Part shown: positions 23,340-32,033 of the stretch, one piece after another
Layout: each line of letters starts with the position of its first letter
How positions within the stretch are numbered: position 1 is the stretch's first letter
Source: Oikopleura dioica
Taxonomy: Eukaryota > Animalia > Chordata
DNA: 64,000 nt
Direction of reading: 5' to 3'
Assembly: GCA_907165135.1 (NCBI GenBank)
Contig: OU015568.1
Coordinates: 1,550,001 to 1,614,000 of the forward strand
The notes under the pieces: generated by a model
Told to the model about the DNA's origin: nothing
The model's database searches: none
Seen by the model: only the letters and a program-made list of their open reading frames with translations
Position numbers and translations under genes: made by a program

Positions 23340-24050
23340 TTAAAGCACCATTAATACTTCCATCTCGGAAGAATGATGTTTATCCTGGTGCCATTTCAAC
23401 TTGAGACTCGATTTGAATTTCTTTTGACAGTGTCTGCAGCTGATGGAGGTTCGAAGAGGTGCTCCAATTAATTTGAGATGTTCTTCTTGATGCTTCGAGT
23501 AGGCCTGGTCGGTGGCGAAGGAACTAGGGCATTTTGGGCACTGTAGTGGCTGATTTAAGTCAACGGAAAGGTCGATCGAGGCCAAATCATGAGTGGAGCG
23601 GAGAGGGACATTTGTCGGGGTCAAATTCAAGTCAACGTCGAAGTCATCGAAGTCATCAGAGTCGCTTTCGGCTTGTGAATCTTGAATTGAACAGGGCGGC
23701 GCCGGAATTCTCGCTTCTGGAGATTGAGTGAGATTCAAAGACAGAAAGTGTTGGCTCGTTCGATCTGCATCAATTGGCGAAATTATTCCACTAGGAACTG
23801 GTTTCAGCAGCTTTTTCGTCGTCGAGCAATGAAAGCTCTTCATCGTTCCATAACCACGTGACTCGTTGCTTGCACAGAAGCTTTGGTACTGCTTCTCTCG
23901 AAGGGATTTTCTTTTCGGACTCGAGGTGAGAAACACTGGTTTGGCGATTTCGCGGAATGAAACTTCACTGACATTCATTATTCTTATTTTAGTTTTTCTG
24001 TGTTTGTGATTCTGGAAAACGGACCAAGGGAGTTTATAACTATGCAGCAT
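23340..24050 (-). CDS. C2H2 zinc-finger protein (two fingers), single exon; start may be Met at 23978
   Basis: The 236-aa ORF contains CPKCPSSFATDQAYSKHQEEH and CRHCQKKFKSSLKLKWHQDKHH, preceded by an acidic tract. Confidence 0.8.
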   Translation of the reverse strand: MLHSYKLPWSVFQNHKHRKTKIRIMNVSEVSFREIAKPVFLTSSPKRKSLREKQYQSFCASNESRGYGTMKSFHCSTTKKLLKPVPSGIISPIDADRTSQHFLSLNLTQSPEARIPAPPCSIQDSQAESDSDDFDDFDVDLNLTPTNVPLRSTHDLASIDLSVDLNQPLQCPKCPSSFATDQAYSKHQEEHLKLIGAPLRTSISCRHCQKKFKSSLKLKWHQDKHHSSEMEVLMVL

Positions 24051-24256
24051 AGTCTATGCTGCGCCATCCGGTGAGGGAATCAGACGATCAGCCAGAGGGA
24101 CCTTGATTGTTGGGCGGGCTGATGAGGACAGTCTGGCCTACTGTCCAGCTGCAGTTTTAGAAATCTCCTGTGTACCCAGATGATTTAGAGCGATAAGGAA
24201 ATGAATTCATTTTCAGGGAGTTTCAAGGACTTTATTTATTGTCACTGAATTACTGA

Positions 24257-25343
24257 CTACAGAAAAGAAATTTCTGTACTATCTTCAGATTTTTTAAGCT
24301 CAAGGTTAACTGGATCTGGAAATTTCTGATTCAGCCGTTGCCTCAGAAAATCAACGATTTGTCCATGTCTCCAGCCTTCAATATCAAAACCATCTATTTT
24401 CTTGATCTTATCTCCTTGTCTTAGGCCGGCTTCATAAGCTTGGGAATCTTCATCAACTCGTCTTAATTAATTAAAAAGGTTATGTCTTTCGTTTTTACAT
24501 TATTTCGCCGAGAAATTTTATTGCAAAGCCCATTCCATCCGGATTCTTGAGCAACTGAACCGTCTTCGTCTTCTCATACTCGTCCCAAAATGAGTCATAA
24601 GTCCGATCAACCACGAGCAACGATATTTCTTCTTCTCCGCAAAGCCGGATGATATCAACGACTTCTTGATGCGGAGTAGTTTCGACATTTTCCTTGTTGA
24701 TTTCAATTATTCTATCGTTGATTCTCAAGCCGGCTTGCTCCGCGAGTCCACCAGGAGTCAGTCTTGAAACGAAATGACCAGCAGGATGGTTGACGAGAGA
24801 AAATCCTTGAGAAGAAGAAGTGGGAATCGTGACGAATCGTGGAAGAGGGTCTTCGTATATCTTAAAAAAAAGCATTAGAAAAACTGTTTTAAAAGAGCGT
24901 ATCTACATCTGAAACAGTTGGAGCGCTGGCTGAGCTTCCGATGAGCAATAACTCAAGAGATTCCGGCGACTCTCTTAAATCTTTTGATATCAAGAAAGCA
25001 AAAAGAACGGAGAAAATAACCTGATGAGTTCGACGATCTCTCCATGGGTCAAAGTCTCTGTTGATATCCGGTTGACTTCAATAAGCTTATGATTTGTTGT
25101 TATTCCCGCTTGATGGGCTTTTTATTAAAGATTTTTAAATCAAATCTTTCTCCCAAGATCATTCATTTCACTATCCACTTATTTCAATCTTTCCTGGGCT
25201 GCCATTTTTGACGTTTGAAATATATTGTCCGCCCCTCAACGAGAACCCATAACCTCCATTATTCGTCAATGTCACCAAAAACGGGACCTAAAATGACCAT
25301 TTTGTTGATATATTTTGATTTTCTCTCTTACGCTATCTCCCAT
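24257..25343 (-). CDS. NHERF/PDZK1-like protein with three PDZ domains, multi-exon
   Basis: MGDS|VPFLVTLTNNGGYGFSLRGGQYISNVKNGSP|AHQAGI...; EDPLPRFVTIP...GLAEQAGLRINDRIIEIN; GMGFAIK...DSQAYEAGLRQGDKIKKIDG...EISFL*. Includes a GA-AG intron at 25193-25118. Confidence 0.85.
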
Positions 25344-25490
25344 TTTTATTTCTGACAAAAAGTTCAGCGGAAAAAGGCCAAAGTGTCAATGACTGCATTT
25401 TATTTGTTCCCAATATTTGCCGAATGCTGACATTATGAATCAAGTTGCAAATTGTAGGTCAGAGTTTGTTAAAATGCATAAAAATACAGT

Positions 25491-26126
25491 TCAAAATTTC
25501 GTTATCGTTCCTTGTTCTGCTCTGTAGTTTTTCCAGTATGAATCATATTCTTTGTTCACCACTAAAATTTCTATTTTCTCTTCATCTCCATGCAGCAAAT
25601 CGAGTACAAATTGTGGGCGCATATTTTCGACATTGATATTGTTGATTTCAATTATTCGATCGTCTAACTTCAGTCCTGCTTCTTCTGCAGGGCCATTTTC
25701 TTGTATAAAAGAGATGATCAGCCCTTGCTCGTAGAAACCGAAGTGGAATGATTTGAGAGCTTCTTGTGATAGAACAATAAGTCGAGGAAGAGGTGCCTAA
25801 AATTAAGTTGAAAAAATGGGAAAACAATTTTTAAATAATTTTACCTCATTACTGTTTGTATATTCAGGAACCTTTTCAGCAATTTTCAACAAGAGAAAAG
25901 ACGGAGACTCTTTGATGAGTTCAACGATTTCAGGATAAGACAGTTGTTTGACAGAAATTCTATTAACTTCCGTAATCTCATCGCCGATCGATAGTCCTGC
26001 TTTTTCAGCCGGTCCGTTTGACTTTATTTTAGCAATGATGGCCTTATTATCGCTAGAATTAAAATTTCTAGAGAAGGAAAAGCCATATCCGAGCTGGTGG
26101 TCTTTGATCAGTCTTATTACTGTCAT
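25491..26126 (-). CDS. NHERF/PDZK1-like protein with two PDZ domains, 2 exons; tandem paralog of the next gene
   Basis: GYGFSF...GPAEKAGLSIGDEITEVN and APLPRLIVL...GPAEEAGLKLDDRIIEINN...VVNKEYDSYW. Stop TGA at 25491-25493. Confidence 0.85.
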
Positions 26127-26293
26127 TTTTTTTGTTATGAAAGAGGGATTGCTACCACTGTCTATTTTATGCTGAGATCTATTTGCTTACTGTATTTGAT
26201 CAGTTGAAATTCCGCTGTTTGAGTAATGGAAAAGACCAGCCTCCTGCGTATTTTTACTGCTTTTGCGTTATTTGAATCACTTGATTTATTCGT

Positions 26294-27420
26294 TTAAAGT
26301 TCAGTGCCGCTCTTTTCATAGAGCTTTTGAAGGTAGGAAAAGCTTTTTTCAATCTGCGGTGCTTTCTCTTCTATGTCTTCAAGGAACTTTTTCGCTTCTT
26401 CCTGAGTTACAGTTCCGCCGAAGTCTTCTGGAAGGCTTTCTTCGCCGACATTTTCAAGAAGAATTTGTCTTTTTCATCGTTTATCATTTTATTCAGAAAA
26501 AAAAACCATGATTTTAATCTTTAGAAAATCAATAATAAAAACAATTCCTGACAGATCCTTCATTCTTGCCAAACATCTGCATTCGTTCCCTCATTTTCTT
26601 GGACATGACCATTTGGAAGATCTTGAAAATCATCACGATAAACGACGGTTGATTGAAGATGATCATGCTCTTCGTTCTGACGGGAAGGCATTTATCAAGC
26701 GCCCGGGCCCACATTTTGACGATTCGGATTTCCATGTGCCGCATGTAGGCGAAGGATAGGCCAGACATGTCTCCAACAGCGCGGCAGCCGTTTATTTGGA
26801 ATGATTCACTAGAATTGGCTTTTTGATCCAGTCAGTTAATCGGTTCAAAACTTACTCTAGAAGACAGTATTCAAACACAAAAGTCGCCGCCCTGTAAACC
26901 ATGCTAATCGGATATTTCTCATAGTCCCACTCTTTTGCTCTGAAACAAATTGTGCTCATCCCGTCTTCGCCTCTTTTCTTCATCAACTGGCTCATTCCAG
27001 CTTCAAGTAATGGTTTGATCGTTTCGAATCGGAAGTCGCCAAAATTCTCCGGCCAGTCGATTTGCAGCTGGAAGTAGTTTTCCAGACGATTGAGTGCTCG
27101 ATCGAGATCGAATTTTGAAACACGGAGGAATCGGACGAGAAAGACGTCGTCTAGCCGTTCTCTGCAGACTTCAGGGATTTTTGGGGAATCGAGGCAAAGC
27201 CGTCTCAACTCTAGGAAAAAGAAAATTAAGCGAAAAAACCCCTTTTTTAATTGAAAAATACCTTGAATTTTTTCATCCCTCGTTTCCGGATTTTCGTTCA
27301 ACTCTTCCAGCGCCTTTCTCGCATCCTTTCTTTATTGTTCTCCAATTTCAAATCTCTATTTTATTTCCTCGAAAGTTTTTGGAACATTTCCTTATCAGAA
27401 AGGTTCGTTACAAAACCCAT
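26294..27420 (-). CDS. CRAL-TRIO (alpha-tocopherol transfer protein/clavesin-like) lipid-binding protein, multi-exon
   Basis: MGFVTNLSDK|DARKALEELNENPETRDEKIQ|ELRR...RLDDVFLVRFLRVSKFDLDRA...FQINGCRAVGDMSGLSF...LPVRTKSMIIFNQP...SLPEDFGG. The first intron is GA-AG (27390-27326). Confidence 0.9.
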
Positions 27421-27507
27421 GACGAATTCTCTACTCTTTCACCTTCTGCACGCGTCCAATCGCTTTTTGCGCCTCTTACTCAGTAATAAATGCTCTTATG
27501 AAACTAT

Positions 27508-28951
27508 TGTTGTGGTTATGCTTTTGCTGAGTTTAGGCGAAATGAAGGCTCTGGTTTTAGTTTTTGTTAAAAGCGTATATTATGCAGGTTTTCGTAATCA
27601 CGAGTCTGATAGAGTGAACAGAAAAGTGGCCGAGGCCAAGCGAAAGTTATTTTGAACAGGTGCGGCGAATCTCATTTCCTTATTTGGAGATGAGCAAAGC
27701 GAATCCACAACATCCCCCCAGATTCGGGTGCAGCATGTGATGAGTAGAATTTTCGCGCGAAGTTTGCAGATTTGATAAAGTCCACCAATGTTCAAATATT
27801 CTTTTCTGATCGCGGATTAATTTCATTAAGCTAATTTTTATTTGCGCGATTTGATCTTCTATGCGGGCACGGTAGTTTGCGGCGTACCAGAAGAAATAGC
27901 TGTAAATGCAGTGGGAATGAAACCCAATTGGTTGTGCGTTGCTGTAGCTGTGCTGTGGGAATGATACCCAATTAATTTTAGCAGATTTTAGAGCAGTGCA
28001 GAAGCGGAATGATACCCAGTTTTCCATGCGGGATCAAGTCTGTATCATTTATGCGGTTGCAAGAGCAGAATTGAAGTCCGATTTCCAATGCGCTGACGGC
28101 GATTAACTTATTTTTTGACGAGAAGAGATAAATTTTATATAATTTTGCGATACTCCCTTCCCCCCAGTTAATCGTCGGGTAATCGTTTTTTTTTTTTTTT
28201 GTGGCGGCTTGTAGCAATTTATAATTTGTAGCGAATTTATTGGAAATTCGTTCAACTGAAATTCGTCCAAATGCTTGCTTGGAATTTCGTTCGGCTGAAG
28301 ATTCGTCCAAAGGCAGAATTTATTGGAATTCGTCTAGCAAGAATTCGTCCAAAAGCTTTATTGGAAATTCGTCTCGCTAGAAATTCGTCCAAAAGGCGTG
28401 CGATCCACAACGGTAAAATAAATAACGGAAATCCACAAGTGAGCAAATCCACCAGCGAATAAATCCAAAAAAGTTCCCAAAATAATGACGACAGTGCAGA
28501 TTTTCTGTAGACATTGCGGGGATTTACTTACAGGAGGTTTTTTTTCTTTTTATCTGGAACCAATTTCTTGTTTGATCCACAGAAAGCATCCTGAAACCAA
28601 TTTCGTTGTTTGGTCACAGTTTTTCTCTTTTTGCAGGTTTCCTCCAGCGCGGGTCGTTGATTCCTGGTACCAATTTCTTGTTTGGTGCCAGTTTCTCTTA
28701 TCGATGGTCTTGTGCGGCGCGGTTCGTTATCTTCCTGGTACCAATTTGTTGTGGTTATGCTTTTGCTGAGTTTAGGCGAAATGAAGGCTCTGGTTTTAGT
28801 TTTTGTTAAAAGCGTATATTATGCAGGTTTTCGTAATCACGAGTCTGATAGAGTGAACAGAAAAGTGGCCGAGGCCAAGCGAAAGTTATTTTGAACAGGT
28901 GCGGCGAATCTCATTTCCTTATTTGGAGATGAGCAAAGCGAATCCACAACA
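27508..28951 (-). mobile_element. Non-autonomous LTR retroelement (TRIM-like), 1444 bp, recent insertion
   Basis: Two 205-bp direct repeats (27508-27712, 28747-28951) that look identical by eye, with TGTTGTGG...CCACAACA ends. 4-bp TSD CTAT at 27504-27507 and 28952-28955. Minus-strand PBS TGGTACCAGGA at 28743-28733, 3 nt from the LTR. Minus-strand PPT TGGGGGGA at 27720-27713. No gag/pol motifs seen. Confidence 0.92.
28236..28400. repeat. Four diverged ~39-44-bp tandem repeats inside the LTR element
   Basis: Unit approximates TTTATTGGAAATTCGT(N7)AAATTCGTCCAAA(A/T/G)GC. Confidence 0.75.
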
Positions 28952-29497
28952 CTATGAAGCAAGTGCAACTTGAGGATCTTTTTCTTTGAGTTGTTGAACT
29001 TGGGGAATAGGGCCACGTTTTACAGGCCTTAGGGCAGGAAAAGATATTGAAATAGATTGTAAGTGTGGATAATAAAAATACAAAAATTCGTCTCTAGAAA
29101 ATATATGATAGGGCTTTTTTGTTTCTTCAAATTTTTTTTTCAAAGTCTGGTAGACATTGTCTGCTCGTCAAAAATATGCCCAGAATATTGGACTCTACCA
29201 CGTATGTTTAAAAGAATCCGTTAAGAGTTGCGCATTATCAAAAGTAGAAGCATGAGATCGTTTGCCGTTTTCGTTGGCCGCTCCGGGCTGAGATGGTATG
29301 CTAAAAGAATGGCCACCTCGGTCACGCGAGCATCGACAAATATGAAAATCAACATGTTTTCTTCACGTTTCCGTCCGTCTTTTGAGAGTGTTTATCGATA
29401 GAATTCAGCTTAATAAGTGACCCACAAATTGTTTGCGGAATACCGGAGTTGAGGAAGATTGTACAATAGGAATGACTCAGCTAGAGTCTAAGAAAGA

Positions 29498-29688
29498 CCT
29501 GAGTCAGGCTTTGAAGAGCTAAAATGAAAAGCCGCGTAGCGGCTCTTTTCAAAACGAAGCCGCAAAGCGGCTTCGCTGATTTTTTTTTAAACATAAGAGT
29601 GATTTTCTTGCGAAGCCGCTTTGCGGCTTTGTTTTGAAAAAAGCCGCTACGCGGCTTTTCATTTTAGCTCTTCGAAGCCTGACTCAGG
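29498..29688. mobile_element. 191-bp palindromic MITE with CCTGAGTCAGG termini
   Basis: About 80-bp inverted arms, each carrying AAGCCGC-N-GCGGCT mini-hairpins; CCTGAGTCAGGC...GCCTGACTCAGG. No clear TSD. Confidence 0.8.
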
Positions 29689-30285
29689 TTGGGTCTCAGA
29701 CGGGTAAAGGCAGGGAAAGGTAAGCACGTGATCTTATGGCTTTTGTCAGCAATTTTTTCTTGACCCGCGAAACCCGTTCAGCGATTTCAAGAATTTCCTC
29801 TATTTGCGAAAAACTTATAAAGCAAAAGCATTCTTCCGTGGCGGAAATAATTTTTCTGCGGGTCCGATAGCTATTTTCTTGCGTTTTGATTACCGCATCA
29901 ATTACGAGGTCGAATATTTTCTTTTGCTGCTTTCTAAAAGCATCTTTTCGTGGTCCCTCTATCAGAGAAGATAATCTAGAGCGCCGTTTATAGCTGTGTT
30001 AGGACGATTAAAGTTGGAGTTTGGATAACAGTTTACAAGAAATCGGATCCGCTGGTAGGGGCCAATTACGTACTGTATGTTTACAAAGTGCAGGGATTCT
30101 TGCAATTATCCATTTCAAAGCAGCTGTTTCGAGTAAACGTGGGTATACAATTTTTAATTGAGCACAAAATAAGGACACCTGGTTGATTTGCATGATTTGC
30201 TTGTCAGGCGATTGTTTTTTGATTATTTTTTCGATGGAAATTTGCGTCTGAGTTTAAAAAAGAAGAGGAGTTACTTAAGTGCTGT

Positions 30286-30655
30286 ATGGAATTTCCGCAG
30301 ACTGGGCACTACAAATTCACGTTTTGCGCGAATATGTTCGGGAACCACTTTGTTCCGACCACCAACGGGGCAGAAAGTCGCAATCTTGGAACGCTGATTT
30401 GCAAAGGGTTCATAAATTGGTATCATGCTGGTTTTATTGAAATAAAGAGAAAGAAGCCACTTGCTCATTGATTTTACGAAATCTGGAGAAGTGCAAATAT
30501 TCGGTGAACTTCAAGAGGAATCAAAGAAGTCTTGTGAACGATTGATTGTTGAATTTTTGAACGGATCTGTTCTCCGGAAGCAGTCGATTCTAATCCAGGG
30601 CCGTCGTGATGCAAATTGGCAAATTATTCGTCAAGTGAATAATCCCCTCACGTGA
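30286..30655 (+). CDS. Hypothetical protein or gene fragment, 2 exons, 5' end unresolved
   Basis: MEFPQTGHYKFTFCANMFG...LICK|GERSHLLIDFTKSGEVQIFGELQEE...NNPLT* joined by an in-phase GT-AG intron. No recognisable domain. Confidence 0.35.
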
Positions 30656-31713
30656 TCGCAGACGTCTAAACCGCGGGTACCCACCTCTGATCCCATTTTC
30701 GCTCGGTCAAACAAAACACACTCGTTCTCATCTTACCATAACTTTCCCTTTATCAAGGGTGGAGCTCATTTTTCCCGAAAAAGAGCTTCATAGGTTTCGA
30801 TTACTTCGGAAATCGACAAATAAAAGGTAGAGTTCAGAATTCACCAACTCAGAGAATTACAAAGAGGCTTGCTTCTTTGCTCACTTACTCATTTTTTCGT
30901 CTTTTCTAAAAGCAATCAAGGGCCCTTGAAAATTCTAGAGCCATCTGTGGTCATTAACGTTCGATAACAAAGCTAAAATATTTACAAAGTTAATTTTTCT
31001 ATAAAAATGATTTTTCGATTTTTCGACCCGAAACAGCAGCCATCTAAAAATACATCTTTTCCTGACAAAAATAGGAGTACCCACCCTTAACGATCCTGTA
31101 TCTAAAATCCACCCGTTTGATTTTGGCAATAAACTTGCTTTTTTCTCCACTGTTTTGGGAATGTTTATGATTGACCTGTTTAGTAGTCAGATTTTTTTAT
31201 AGAAAAAAAACGTGGAATAGAAGTTGAAAATAAATTTTAAGGTTTTTTCGTAAACAGGAGCGATTTAAAAATGACTTGTGATCAAAATATCAAAAATATC
31301 TTGGACGAAACCGCGGCGAAAACCGAAATGACTTGGGCACCGAAATAAACGCTTAGAGGTCGTGGGCGATATTTTTAGTGAACAGTGGATTATGTTTTTC
31401 GGTTTTTGGGAAAACAAGAGCTCAAAATAGCCTCAAATTCAAATCCTTTCCAAAGATTTTTGACAAGGCATTATCGATCCAAATTGATCAAGAAAGCAAA
31501 ATTGAGGGATAAATATTGATTACACATAGAAACCCCTGTCTATTTTTGCAAGTACTGTAGTTAACCGGAAGTAAAAAATGGACATAAAATCGCGCAACCT
31601 AGCTTCAATATTCATTTATTCAGATATAAGAGCGAATCTTTTTGTAAGTATAACAATTTTTAATCATTCTCAAAAAATAAGTAAGAGATACCCTTATTCT
31701 AGTCGAAATAATA

Positions 31714-32033
31714 ATGGAGCAAGCAATGGAGTGTCCTTTGACTATGAGCGTCGGTGTTTTACTGGGGACATTCGAAAGTATCGCTGGCCCGAATGGCAAG
31801 GTCTCGAAGGAGTCCTTTTTAAAAATAGCTAAAAATGGTAAGAAAAAGACAAGAAATCGAGTCTTACAGCTCTTTTTTCAGAAATTCCAGGAGTTGGCGA
31901 GGAAATATTCCAAGGCTGTGATATCGATCAAGATGGGTACATGGACTTCAAGGAGTTCTGTATTTTAGTCATGACTCTCGCCGCAAGCTCCGAGGAACTG
32001 ATGGCCAACGCGAAAGGAAAATGCAAGAAATGA
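31714..32033 (+). CDS. S100-like two-EF-hand calcium-binding protein, 91 aa, 2 coding exons (31714-31837, 31882-32033)
   Basis: MEQAMECPLTMSVGVLLGTFESIAGPNGKVSKESFLKIAKNEIPGVGEEIFQGCDIDQDGYMDFKEFCILVMTLAASSEELMANAKGKCKK*. It has a canonical EF2 loop DIDQDGYMDFKE, an S100-type helix I/pseudo-EF1 (L..F...AG...K.SK), S100 size and the helix IV pattern DF.EF..LV..L. Confidence 0.8.

Noticed and set aside
24060-24240. TGATGA/CTGA motifs suggesting a C/D snoRNA
   Set aside because: No terminal stem or recognisable guide; better explained as the 5' UTR/intercistronic region of the zinc-finger gene.
28236-28400. Repeat array as a CRISPR
   Set aside because: Units are contiguous and diverged, with no unique spacers and no cas genes, in a eukaryotic context.
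27680-28452. Short ORFs inside the LTR element as gag or env remnants
   Set aside because: No zinc knuckle, protease, RT or integrase motif; the ORFs are partly built from tandem repeats.
27251-28894. Two ORFs ending in the identical peptide MKALVLVFVKSVYYAG...KRKLF
   Set aside because: Both read through the identical LTRs on the antisense strand; not a gene duplication.
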